Shown: piece after piece, positions 38,089-46,552 of the stretch | Layout: each line of letters opens with the position of its first letter | How positions within the stretch are numbered: the first letter of the stretch is position 1 | Source of the DNA: a virus | Taxonomy: Duplodnaviria > Caudoviricetes | Length of the DNA stretch: 64,000 nt | Direction: 5' to 3' (one strand) | Virus record (IMG/VR): IMGVR_UViG_3300049298_000033 | Span: 30,539-94,538 of that record | Notes under the pieces: model-generated | Databases searched by the model: none | Told to the model about the DNA's origin: nothing | What the model saw: the letters and a program-made list of their open reading frames with translations, nothing else | Made by a program: the position numbers and the translations under genes

Positions 38089-38703
38089 TCACTCGGCCTC
38101 CCGAGGGAAGTCACGCGCCTTGATCTTGGCCATCTCGGTGTTCGGGTCGCCGGGCGATCGGTGGTAGACGATGCCCTCCCAGCCGTTCTGCGCAAGGCCG
38201 AGTACGAGGAACCTGATGTCCTCGTAGGTGCGGAGACCGTGATCCCGGTCGTCGAGGCTCTTCTCCGCGAACTCGTGCTTCAGGAGCGTGTGGACCTTTT
38301 CGCCCTCAGGATTGCCGTTGATCTTCGGGCCGACCAGCTCATAGGTGCCTGGGTACCAGACGGTGTTCGCGCCCTCCGGGTAGTCCGCGTCTGCCGCTTC
38401 ACGGATCGCTTCGGCATGCCACTTCGCGAACCCGGACTGCTCGATCGGCTCCCAGCCGACCGTCTTCCCGGTCTCCTCATCAACGGCGACCTGTGTAAAG
38501 TTCGCGGGCGGCTGCTTGCCTTTCTTGACCTCGCGGCGAGCCCACCAGCGCTGGCCGTCGAACCACATGCAGGTGCCGTCGTACTTCCTCGTCGCCGCGC
38601 CTTCCCCGGCGAACACCCAGGCGCACTCGGGATTCGGCTCCTTGGTGACGTACTTGGGGTTGTTGTCCCAGTCGCGGATGAACACTGTCGGGATCTTCTT
38701 CAC
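38089..38703 (-). CDS. ATP-dependent RNA ligase-like nucleotidyltransferase (DUF5565/RLIG1-like)
   Basis: KYDG motif I, TYELVGPKINGN, EGIV, AKIK. Confidence 0.8.
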   Translation of the reverse strand: MKKIPTVFIRDWDNNPKYVTKEPNPECAWVFAGEGAATRKYDGTCMWFDGQRWWARREVKKGKQPPANFTQVAVDEETGKTVGWEPIEQSGFAKWHAEAIREAADADYPEGANTVWYPGTYELVGPKINGNPEGEKVHTLLKHEFAEKSLDDRDHGLRTYEDIRFLVLGLAQNGWEGIVYHRSPGDPNTEMAKIKARDFPREAE

Positions 38704-38915
38704 TGGTCTCCTCCGAACGTCTCGGTTGCTGCGGTCTATGGGTCGGTACGGGCGGTCTCAGCCGGTAGCTCCTGTTCGAACCGTGCTGGATATCGGGCGC
38801 GCCGGCCGAGAGGCCCGACCGGGATGCCACCGGCGGCCAGAGACGGCGTGTCTCTCGGCGGCCCGGCCGCAGAACGAGCAGGAGCCCTGGATCATCACGG
38901 CGTCACGGACGCTGC

Positions 38916-39092
38916 TCACTGTGGGCGCTCCTGAGCCTCTCCAGCCCCATCGGTGAGCTGGTCTCGTGCGCCGTGCGCGACATGGGAGATGGCATCCAGG
39001 ACAGGGCCGGGCTGACCGGTCAGGGTGATCTCGGCGTTGAGGGTGTCTCCGCCGTCCGCTGTGACGATCTTGAGTGTGGCTGTGACGTTCAC
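38916..39092 (-). CDS. 58-aa hypothetical
   Basis: GTGA overlaps at both ends. Confidence 0.5.
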   Translation of the reverse strand: MNVTATLKIVTADGGDTLNAEITLTGQPGPVLDAISHVAHGARDQLTDGAGEAQERPQ

Positions 39093-39367
39093 TCTCTGGA
39101 CTCCTGTGCCTCTCCCGTACCGTCGTGCGCCTCAGCCCCTGGGGTTGAGGATGAGGGAGTCGCAGCGGTGCTGTGAACGCCGCGCATTAGCCGTGCTACG
39201 TCCTCATCGTCAGTGAGGTCATGTAGAGCCTCAGTGATCTGTGGGTGCTCCAGGTCGCGGGTCGCGAGGACGCGGGCGGCGGTGATGATTCCGTCGATCA
39301 GCCCGATCGTGACACCCTCAGGGCTACGGCAGTCGACCGTCAGGTCTTCGGTAGTGGTCTCACTCAC
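39089..39367 (-). CDS. Hypothetical protein
   Basis: Overlaps upstream stop. Confidence 0.6.
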   Translation of the reverse strand: MSETTTEDLTVDCRSPEGVTIGLIDGIITAARVLATRDLEHPQITEALHDLTDDEDVARLMRGVHSTAATPSSSTPGAEAHDGTGEAQESRE

Positions 39368-39929
39368 CGGGCTTCGCCTCCTCGGCGTCTCCGGGGGTCT
39401 GGGCGGCGAGGTGCTCGGCCATGACCTTGATGTGCCGGGCATCAGCGAGAGCGTTGTGGACACCGGATTCCTGCTCGGGCAGACGCGGCTCGCCGAGGCG
39501 CAGGTGCTCCTGCTTCAGGTCGTTGGTCCACATGGGGATGCCGGTCGGCAGGTCGATCATCCGGCCGAAGAGCTGCGCGAGGCACACGTGGTCGTAGGCG
39601 GAGTACCAGCCCCACAGTTCGACGTTCGGGGTGTTGACGATGAACCGCTGGACCTCGTCGCGGATCTGCTTGGTCGGTTTGATGTCGGGGTGCTGCCAGT
39701 CGATCGCGAGCGGGTTGCCGCGGCCGGCGAACATCCGGGCATCGCCATGCAGGCGCGGTAGACCAGGGACGACGTTCTTCCTCAGCCAGTCGTGCTTGGC
39801 GATCCGCTTGGTCGGCATGTCCGCGAAGACGGCGTAGTACTCGCGGTCGTCCTCGCGCACGAGCGCCACAGAGATCGGCTCGATCGTCTCGCCATCCTCC
39901 AGGAACTCCCAGTCCGTGTAGATCTTCAT
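39360..39929 (-). CDS. DEDDh 3'-5' exoribonuclease (Rv2179c/RNase AS-like)
   Basis: DWEFLEDG, LWGWYSAYDHV, DLKQ, HNALADA. Confidence 0.9.
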   Translation of the reverse strand: MKIYTDWEFLEDGETIEPISVALVREDDREYYAVFADMPTKRIAKHDWLRKNVVPGLPRLHGDARMFAGRGNPLAIDWQHPDIKPTKQIRDEVQRFIVNTPNVELWGWYSAYDHVCLAQLFGRMIDLPTGIPMWTNDLKQEHLRLGEPRLPEQESGVHNALADARHIKVMAEHLAAQTPGDAEEAKPGE

Positions 39930-39932
39930 CGG

Positions 39933-40277
39933 TCAGTCCTCTCCGCCCGTGAGGGCGTCTCCGGGGGTATGGGCGGTTGCGGTGGTCGTCCTCAAGTGCA
40001 GAAGGTGCTGTTCGCGGAGCGGTGCGGAGTGCCAGGACGCCCACCGAGCTGGCGGTATCCAGCCACAGGCGCAGTTCAGATACCAGTAGGTGACGGCCCA
40101 TGAACCGCGACCGCGCGTACTGCTGTCCACGTTGGCCTTGTGAGCGGCGACGATGCTGGCGTGTTGCGGGCAGCCGTGCGTGTAGATGCCGTCGAACCAG
40201 CCGTCCGCGCCTTCCGGAGCCCGGATGCCGCAGTCGGAGGCGTCGCAGACCCAGTACTTGACCGTCTCAACGCTCAT
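39933..40277 (-). CDS. Hypothetical Cys/His-rich protein
   Basis: Ends ...TPGDA. Confidence 0.65.
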   Translation of the reverse strand: MSVETVKYWVCDASDCGIRAPEGADGWFDGIYTHGCPQHASIVAAHKANVDSSTRGRGSWAVTYWYLNCACGWIPPARWASWHSAPLREQHLLHLRTTTATAHTPGDALTGGED

Positions 40278-40761
40278 CGGCGTCTCCGGGGGTCTCGTGG
40301 TGACCACATCCGCAGCCGGGCGGGCACTTGCAGACCGGCCGTTCGGTGTGGATGTGGTGGTCGGGCGGCTGCCCGCAGATGCAGACGGCCACGTTGTCGA
40401 CGGCACGGCTCTGCACGAAGGGGTGACGGTCCCAAGAGCGCCCGTGACGGTCCACGTGGGTCTCGTCGGTGCCGGTGGTCTCAGGGGCGTCCTCGATCCG
40501 GACCTCAAGGCCAGCGGGACCGAACCATGCGCACGAGGTGACGCCCTGCCGGAAGTTGCGGGCCGACTCGTTCTTGGCCTTCCGCCAGTTCTGCGGCGTC
40601 CAAACCCACTGTGCGGGCCGGTCGATGTAGGGGTTACGCGACTCCGGGCCTTGGTCTCTGAGCTGTTCGACCAGACCCGCCGCGTACTCTCGGGCGTCCT
40701 CGACGGAGCCGGTGAATACTCGGAGTTCGTGAGTTCGCGAACCTACGATCACGTCAGCCAC
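40267..40761 (-). CDS. Hypothetical protein
   Basis: Ends ...ETPGDA. Confidence 0.65.
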   Translation of the reverse strand: MADVIVGSRTHELRVFTGSVEDAREYAAGLVEQLRDQGPESRNPYIDRPAQWVWTPQNWRKAKNESARNFRQGVTSCAWFGPAGLEVRIEDAPETTGTDETHVDRHGRSWDRHPFVQSRAVDNVAVCICGQPPDHHIHTERPVCKCPPGCGCGHHETPGDADER

Positions 40762-40976
40762 GGCCGGTCTCCTCGGGGGTCTCCGGGGGTCTCAGGGGCG
40801 ACGGGCGCGGGCTTCTCGATGCCGAGGATGACGCGGATCGTCTGGGCAAGGTCGGCCGCCCCGCGCGGGTCGAAGTCGAACAGCAAGCCGTTGATGTAGA
40901 TGCGGATGAAGTCGGTGTCAACGGCCCTCACGCCCCATTGGGTGGCGTTCATGGGCTCTGTCGTGTTCTCACGCAT
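40749..40976 (-). CDS. Hypothetical protein
   Basis: Ends ...APETPGD. Confidence 0.6.
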   Translation of the reverse strand: MRENTTEPMNATQWGVRAVDTDFIRIYINGLLFDFDPRGAADLAQTIRVILGIEKPAPVAPETPGDPRGDRPWLT

Positions 40977-41100
40977 CGGCGTCTCCGGGGGTACGGGCGG
41001 CGTACCAGCGGTTGAGCGGCACGCTGGCGAGGCAAATCAGCATGGTCATGAGCGCCACGGCCGCCATGAAGATCACGAGGCGCTCTCCGGGCGTCAACAC
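40969..41100 (-). CDS. Small membrane peptide
   Basis: Hydrophobic helix; ends RTPGDADA. Confidence 0.5.
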   Translation of the reverse strand: MLTPGERLVIFMAAVALMTMLICLASVPLNRWYAARTPGDADA

Positions 41101-41222
41101 GTGTACTCCCAGCCGCCGTTGTAGTCGTCCCAGACGACGTGCCAGGCGTAGACCGCCTGTCCAGCGCCGTCCGTCCTGAGCTTGCGGACGAACTGCCCGC
41201 ATGCATCGCATCGTGGGTTCAT
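41094..41222 (-). CDS. 42-aa hypothetical (CxxC)
   Basis: ATGA overlap, GGAGG RBS. Confidence 0.5.
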   Translation of the reverse strand: MNPRCDACGQFVRKLRTDGAGQAVYAWHVVWDDYNGGWEYTC

Positions 41223-42136
41223 GACCGGTCCTCCGTCTCGGCGTCTCCGGGGGTCTCAGGGGCGTCCAGGGCGCCGGGGTGGTTAGCCCAGTCACGCAGC
41301 AGGCTCGCGGCATCGCGCACACCCTGCCGGTACCAGTAGGGGCCCGACAGCAACGCACCCCCAGGCGGCAGCGCATCGAGCATGTCTGCCGCTGCATTCA
41401 GGACATCGGCGTTGGCGGCCTTGAGTGCGTCCCTCTCGCGACGGAACCGCAGCCACTCCTTCTGTGCCCCACGCAACTCCTCCAGGTCCTTCTGGAGGGT
41501 CTTCACCTCATCGACGAGCGCGTCCCGCTCGGCCACGACCGAGCAGTTGTCGTCGTTGTGGTTCAGCGCCTCGTTCAGCTCGACGTCAGCGGCGGCCAGC
41601 TCGGCTCGCAGCCGCTCCACCTCGGCCTCGGTGCGGTCGAGGTCGGCCGCCGTGGTCACGGCGTCGATGTTCGCGAGGCGCAGCTGCTCGCGCGCTTCGT
41701 CCCGCTCGGCCTCGGTGCGGACAAGCTCAGAGCTGAGGCCGCCGTAGGCGTCCTGCGTCCTGTTCAGCTCGGCTCGTAGCCGCTCCAGCTCGGCCTCAGC
41801 CCGCTCGCGTCCGGCCCAGCGCCTCTCGTGGTCGCGGCGTGAGGACAGCTGCCCCTCGGCGTACTCGGCGCGCGCACGGTCCCGGACGGCGTCCTCCCAG
41901 CGGACGGACAGGGCGACCTCGGCGAGCTGCTCGACGTAGACGGGGTCGCTGGCGAGGTCCGGCCAGGCTTTGATGATCGCGGCGGCCATCCGGGCGGGCA
42001 GGTCGCCGGGGTCGAACAGCCGGGAGAGCGCGGCCACGACGGCATTCAGGGCATTGCCGTCCACCTCACGTCCAGCAGCGCGTATGGCACGGAACAGCGT
42101 CTCGCGCAGGCCCTCGGTGGTCTCGGTCATCGGCAC
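41219..42136 (-). CDS. Coiled-coil protein
   Basis: Repeated AE(L/V)ERLRAEL, AERD(E/A) heptads. Confidence 0.75.
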   Translation of the reverse strand: MPMTETTEGLRETLFRAIRAAGREVDGNALNAVVAALSRLFDPGDLPARMAAAIIKAWPDLASDPVYVEQLAEVALSVRWEDAVRDRARAEYAEGQLSSRRDHERRWAGRERAEAELERLRAELNRTQDAYGGLSSELVRTEAERDEAREQLRLANIDAVTTAADLDRTEAEVERLRAELAAADVELNEALNHNDDNCSVVAERDALVDEVKTLQKDLEELRGAQKEWLRFRRERDALKAANADVLNAAADMLDALPPGGALLSGPYWYRQGVRDAASLLRDWANHPGALDAPETPGDAETEDRS

Positions 42137-42456
42137 TCCTCATGGATCGGGCCCTGCGGGGACCAGCGCAGCCGCCACGTGATGGCGTCGCTCAGCTCAA
42201 TCGGCGCGCCGCACTCGATGCATGCCCCGGTCCAGATGGCCCCGCCGGGAGCTTCCTCAACGGCTTTGCGGTACCGATCCAGCACGGGCGAGACCACGGC
42301 CCACACGGCAGCGAGCGCGTCATCGAGAGCCGTCCACGGGTGACGCTCGGCTGCCAGCTCGTACACACCGGCCTCGTCAGGCGGCTGTCCAGCGAACGCT
42401 CGACACGCCGACTCGGTCGCCAGCTCGCGCAGGCCCTTGGTGGTGTCGTCCGACAT
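42127..42456 (-). CDS. Hypothetical protein
   Basis: Starts MSDDTTKGLRE. Confidence 0.65.
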   Translation of the reverse strand: MSDDTTKGLRELATESACRAFAGQPPDEAGVYELAAERHPWTALDDALAAVWAVVSPVLDRYRKAVEEAPGGAIWTGACIECGAPIELSDAITWRLRWSPQGPIHEECR

Positions 42457-43505
42457 CAGCCAGCCCGCCAGACCGTCACCGGCAAGTCGCCCTCACCGAA
42501 CTTGACCTCGAAGTCGTAGTACGGGAAGTCGGACGGGTCCACGATCCGAGCCGTCTCGTGGGTGCTGTCACCTGCGATCTGCGTCAGGCCCTCGTCCACG
42601 GCCTCGGCGGGGGAGTAGCTCCAGATCTCACGCGCGTAGGCGTCGCAGGCCTTGGCGAAGACATCCCTGTCGATGTGGCCCACGGTCATGAGCAGGTCGC
42701 CGTCTTCGCCTAGCTCCCAGATGCGGACGCCGTCGTAGGTGTGAGCCCAGTCGGCCTCTTCGAGCTGCTGCGGAATTGTCGTAGTCATGATCTTTCCTAT
42801 CGGGGTGGTGTCGTCCGGCGGTGTGGCAGTCGATGCCCACCTGAAGCCGCCGCTCCCGTGATCACCGTCGTGACCAGTGAGTCGGCTGCAATACAGGCCG
42901 GTCCCGAGCGGTCCGGGCGCTTCGTCATGGCAGCGCCCAGGGGCGCGTGTGGTGTCGTCCGGCGGTGTGCGCTCCGGTGCGGGCTCGCCTGCCTTCGCGC
43001 CGCACAGATCTCCCTGATGCGCGATAACAGGCCGACGGCAGAACACACACCACGGCACAAAGCCGTCCTGGCCGGCGTTCACGGCAGCAACGAAGAGCTC
43101 GGCCAGCTCGGGCGTATCCATGACGCCCATCTGCTGGTCGGCCTTGCTCGGCTCGGTGCCGGTCTGGAAGCGGACGAGCGGCCCGAACTGACTCTCGACG
43201 TCGTTGGGGTAGCCGCGCTGGCCGTTCTCGCAGACCAGGTCCGGGTCATCGAAGTCCCCGGACTGCTCTTCCATGGCAAACCAGAGGTGACCGTCGCGGT
43301 CTCGCCATAGGTCGCCGGGCTTCGGATCGAACTCCGTGCCCTCGGTGGTGTCGTCCGGCACGTCCTCGCAGTCAGGTCCCGTGCACCGCTCGCGCGGACC
43401 CTTGTGCTGGCAGAGGTTCCCAAACGCCGGGTCCGGACCCCAATGCCAGTCGATGCCTTCACGGCTCGTCTCGGTGCCCTCGGTGGTGTCGTCCGGCATG
43501 GTCAC
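42456..43505 (-). CDS. Mosaic ORF of modules joined by PDDTT linkers (likely separate internal start at 42788)
   Basis: Four PDDTT repeats; AGGAAAG RBS before internal MTTTIP. Confidence 0.65.
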   Translation of the reverse strand: MTMPDDTTEGTETSREGIDWHWGPDPAFGNLCQHKGPRERCTGPDCEDVPDDTTEGTEFDPKPGDLWRDRDGHLWFAMEEQSGDFDDPDLVCENGQRGYPNDVESQFGPLVRFQTGTEPSKADQQMGVMDTPELAELFVAAVNAGQDGFVPWCVFCRRPVIAHQGDLCGAKAGEPAPERTPPDDTTRAPGRCHDEAPGPLGTGLYCSRLTGHDGDHGSGGFRWASTATPPDDTTPIGKIMTTTIPQQLEEADWAHTYDGVRIWELGEDGDLLMTVGHIDRDVFAKACDAYAREIWSYSPAEAVDEGLTQIAGDSTHETARIVDPSDFPYYDFEVKFGEGDLPVTVWRAG

Positions 43506-43831
43506 GCCGCCTCCATCTGGTGGGTACGGCTGGTTGGTGTGACGTACTCCGGGGCGTTAGCGAGCATCCACGCGAGACGCTCAACAGGATCGGCGATGTA
43601 ACCGACCGGATCTGAGATGTAGCCGACGTCGCTCTCGTCCAATACCTCGCGATCGAACATGCAGACGGCGTCGCGGTCAGAGTCGACGAGCCAGCCGGGC
43701 GTCTTGTCGATGAAGATCCTTATGCTGCAGCGTGGCCAGCCATAGGTGTCTACGCACCACTGGATCGTCTTGCCGCTCTGGAGTGCCTCGCGGATCCTTT
43801 GAGCTTCCTCGTTCGCTGGTCGTCTGACCAC
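43502..43831 (-). CDS. Hypothetical protein (HTH-like N-terminus)
   Basis: GGGGGA RBS. Confidence 0.55.
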   Translation of the reverse strand: MVRRPANEEAQRIREALQSGKTIQWCVDTYGWPRCSIRIFIDKTPGWLVDSDRDAVCMFDREVLDESDVGYISDPVGYIADPVERLAWMLANAPEYVTPTSRTHQMEAA

Positions 43832-43845
43832 GATCTTTCCCCCGT

Positions 43846-44157
43846 TCAGACTGAGAACCGGACTCGATCGACGATGAGGGCGTCGCCCTCTTCGTATTCG
43901 GACTGTGTGCAGATGCGGGACAAGTGGAGCCCGCACGCGAAGTCAGGTGGGAGGTGGTCCGCGTACTCCTCGTGCTGCACAGACCAAAGCGGGCGATGAG
44001 TGCAGTCGTCGTAATCGCAGTGAGTGGGGACGGGTCTCTGGCAGCGCTTGGCGCGTGAGCCCTCAACCTCATGTTCGAGTTCGGCGATGCGCTCCTTGTG
44101 CTGCCTGCACTCCACGAGAAGTCTGGACATGAGCCGTTCGTCCTGCTTGACGGTCAT
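43846..44157 (-). CDS. Hypothetical protein
   Basis: AGGAG RBS; Cys motifs. Confidence 0.6.
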   Translation of the reverse strand: MTVKQDERLMSRLLVECRQHKERIAELEHEVEGSRAKRCQRPVPTHCDYDDCTHRPLWSVQHEEYADHLPPDFACGLHLSRICTQSEYEEGDALIVDRVRFSV

Positions 44158-44195
44158 CGTGCGCTCCTGTTTCTCAGTGCGACGACTCGGAAGGG

Positions 44196-44402
44196 TCAGC
44201 CCGCCATCAGTCGCCGGGCAGCGGACCGGATAGTGGTCCAGTGCGGGCAGACCTCGGCGGCCTTCTTGATCAGGCCGGTAGACGACAGGGCCTCGGCGCG
44301 CATCTCTTCGATGAAGGTCTTGTCGACCCTCGTGACGCCGTAGTGGCGAGCGCGGACGTTGATCCAAGTGACCAGAGTCTCGGCGGCTTCGGCCTTCGTC
44401 AT
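44196..44402 (-). CDS. Small hypothetical protein
   Basis: AAAGGGG RBS; divergent from RHH gene. Confidence 0.55.
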   Translation of the reverse strand: MTKAEAAETLVTWINVRARHYGVTRVDKTFIEEMRAEALSSTGLIKKAAEVCPHWTTIRSAARRLMAG

Positions 44403-44431
44403 CGGTGCCCACAGCCCCTTTCCGGCTTGTT

Positions 44432-44549
44432 TCTGTGTACACAGATTACTCCCTACGCGGCTAGTCGGGCAAGGCTTCCGCTGATATTCTTGTGTACACA
44501 GAAACTGATCACTGACCGAAAGAGGTGGCTATGATTCCGTGGACACAGA
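44432..44549. promoter_or_regulatory. Three TGTGTACACAGA-type operators and a -10 (TATGAT) between divergent genes
   Basis: Perfect palindrome TCTGTGTACACAGA 44432-44445; copies at 44491 and 44539. Confidence 0.75.
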
Positions 44550-44569
44550 AGCAGCGACCGAGGAGCCGC

Positions 44570-44758
44570 GTGGCGCGACCGCGAACGGGCGAGACACCGA
44601 TCCGACATGTGCGCATCTCTGACGAGCTGTGGGGCAAGATCGAGCGCCTCGCCAACGAAGAAGGCCGCACCAAGACCGATGTGGTCGTTGAGGCGCTGAC
44701 GCGTCACGTGGCCCGTGTCCGCCGACAGCAGCAGCGAGCCAAGCGCGATGACGGCTGA
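44570..44758 (+). CDS. Ribbon-helix-helix (Arc/CopG-like) regulator
   Basis: RPRTGETPIRHVRISDELW...TKTDVVVEAL; GAGGAG RBS. Confidence 0.85.
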   Translation: MARPRTGETPIRHVRISDELWGKIERLANEEGRTKTDVVVEALTRHVARVRRQQQRAKRDDG

Positions 44759-44816
44759 CCTTCACTGACGCTCGTCCTCGGTGGTGTCGTCCGGCGGTGT
44801 GCGCTCCGGTGCGGGC

Positions 44817-45020
44817 TCAGGCATCGAACACCTCGGCATTGATCTCACGAGCACACCCCAGGACACGGGTGATCGGATAGCCGGACGGCGGCGTACCGAC
44901 AGCACCTTCGAGGTGCTCCGCAGCGGACAGCAGGGCAGCGGCAGCGGCACGTAGATCGTCGGATGGCCTGCGCTCGGGTGTGGTGGGGTCAGGCATCGTT
45001 GGTCCTTCCGGGTGGGTCAT
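44817..45020 (-). CDS. Small hypothetical protein
   Basis: ATGA overlap. Confidence 0.5.
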   Translation of the reverse strand: MTHPEGPTMPDPTTPERRPSDDLRAAAAALLSAAEHLEGAVGTPPSGYPITRVLGCAREINAEVFDA

Positions 45021-45223
45021 TTCGGGTCGGTATTCAGCCCTGCACGCCTCAGCTTGCCGATCACATTCGCGACCGACCTGCGGTCAGACGGCGTCGACGG
45101 GCAAAACACGGTTCGCCCATTCGGGGGCTTCCATGCGAGGTGACCGTTGCGGGTTTGTTCGATCACCCACCCGGCCTTACGTGCCTGGTCGGCAGTGCGA
45201 CGTAAATCTCGGGGGATCTTCAA
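45017..45223 (-). CDS. HicA-like toxin/mRNA interferase
   Basis: AGWVIEQTRNGHL..PNG...TPSD.R...LRRAG. Confidence 0.7.
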   Translation of the reverse strand: MKIPRDLRRTADQARKAGWVIEQTRNGHLAWKPPNGRTVFCPSTPSDRRSVANVIGKLRRAGLNTDPK

Positions 45224-45400
45224 ATCGCCTCGATCGGGTGGGGAGTCTATCTATTCAAAGCTGCTTCTATTTTAGCTTATTGGCGCAAATCGAACGGCTT
45301 GTTCGACGTGCTCTAAGGAATGGTTTCTGTCGGCAGAACTCGATTATTGAGGGGTCCTGCGAGGCGTACCGACACGGGGCCGGTACGCCAGGACGGATCG

Positions 45401-45616
45401 TCAGTCCCTTTCGGGAGTCAGGGTCACAACGGAGTCCGGATGCCAGCCGAGTTTCTTGGCGATGCGCCAGCGGGCGAAGTCCTCAGCGTTCGTGTTGAAG
45501 TAGTCGATCGTCGCGCCGTCTGGGCGTTTGATGTCGACGCGGACCAGGCCACCGTTCTTCCATGTCTCATGTGCCAGGTCATAGCCGTCGATGGCGGCCA
45601 GGCTTACGGCTGCCAC
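45401..45616 (-). CDS. Small hypothetical protein
   Basis: ORF with RBS. Confidence 0.55.
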   Translation of the reverse strand: MAAVSLAAIDGYDLAHETWKNGGLVRVDIKRPDGATIDYFNTNAEDFARWRIAKKLGWHPDSVVTLTPERD

Positions 45617-45620
45617 GGGA

Positions 45621-46073
45621 TTACTTCCTTCCGGTGATGATCGCTGCGGTGATGGCGAGCCAGCCGATATGCCAGGCCTGGTCGAGTGCGTAGGTACCTG
45701 TGCCGCACGGGGCTGCTTTGCCGTCGCCGAGCTCGTAGAAGCCTCGCTTGCCGAACCGTCCTAGACGGTCAACCAGCTTGGGCAGGGCTCCGTGTTCGCG
45801 GCGGTCGGCGGCATAGTGGCTGACGGCGTTGATGGTGAGGCCGATAGCGACACGGCTGACGCTGAGACGTTCCCTGGCGGCGATACAGCCGGCGGCGAGG
45901 AACAGCGCCTGGGTGGCGGTGAGGGTAGCGACGTGCGCGGCGCATGCCCGCTGGCCCCGTTCCCCTTCGTCGCCCTTGCGTTGTGCCTGGTTGTCTGTCT
46001 GGACCCAGTGGTCGGCGACTTCGTGGCCGGCGTGGAGGAGGGCGTAGACACCTCCGAGGTGTCCGAGGCTCAT
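45621..46073 (-). CDS. DUF3307-like membrane protein
   Basis: H..ADHWVQT, H, SHY.AD, DQAWH. Confidence 0.8.
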   Translation of the reverse strand: MSLGHLGGVYALLHAGHEVADHWVQTDNQAQRKGDEGERGQRACAAHVATLTATQALFLAAGCIAARERLSVSRVAIGLTINAVSHYAADRREHGALPKLVDRLGRFGKRGFYELGDGKAAPCGTGTYALDQAWHIGWLAITAAIITGRK

Positions 46074-46079
46074 CGTCGG

Positions 46080-46292
46080 TCAGCCCTCGTAGTAGACGGC
46101 GCGCATGCCGGGATGGGTGGTGGCGTGATCCTCGGCCCTCTGCTGCGCGTCTTCGACGCTTACACATACCGAGGACCCGTTGAAGCAGCGGTTGCAATGC
46201 CACGCGGCAGCACCGGGGCCGACGCCTTTGAATGGGCCGTAGTTGACCTGCCTGCAGATCGGGGTCACGGCGTCTTTGATCTTGTCGAGCAT
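46080..46292 (-). CDS. Small C2H2-like protein
   Basis: AAAGGA RBS; CxxC..H...H. Confidence 0.55.
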   Translation of the reverse strand: MLDKIKDAVTPICRQVNYGPFKGVGPGAAAWHCNRCFNGSSVCVSVEDAQQRAEDHATTHPGMRAVYYEG

Positions 46293-46360
46293 TTTTGTTC
46301 CTTTCCTGGTGTCTGGTGTTCCGTGAGGCGCCGGTACGAGACCGGCGCCAGGACGCAACG

Positions 46361-46552
46361 TCAGCGCTGCGGTTCGCAGCCGGGGTGGTAGGCGGCGACG
46401 AGTTCGGCGTCCTCGACCTTGACGACGTCGTTGCGTCCCCGGACGCGTTCGATGAGGTTGGGTTTCGCCGCGACCTAGATGTGGCGGTTGATGGCGACGT
46501 ACCGCTCGCCTCGGCGGATCTCTCGACGGCAGTTCTGGTTGGCGCAGTTCAT
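46361..46552 (-). pseudogene. 63-codon Zn-binding ORF interrupted by in-frame TAG
   Basis: MNCANQNC...RHI*VAAKP...YHPGC; TAG at 46475-46477. Confidence 0.55.

Larger units (their letters stand above)
39384..41254. repeat. Six copies of 15-bp GGCGTCTCCGGGGGT at 3' ends of consecutive genes
   Basis: 39384, 39954, 40279, 40776 (1 mismatch), 40978, 41240. Confidence 0.9.
42439..44818. repeat. GTGGTGTCGTCCG(G/A)C family repeats (PDDTT), including an exact 38-bp pair
   Basis: ~42440, 42805, 42949, 43345, 43483, 44781; 42949-42986 identical to 44781-44818. Confidence 0.9.

Noticed and set aside
39384-44818. Repeat arrays as CRISPR
   Set aside because: Repeats are 15-38 bp with irregular gene-sized spacing inside coding sequence; no cas genes.
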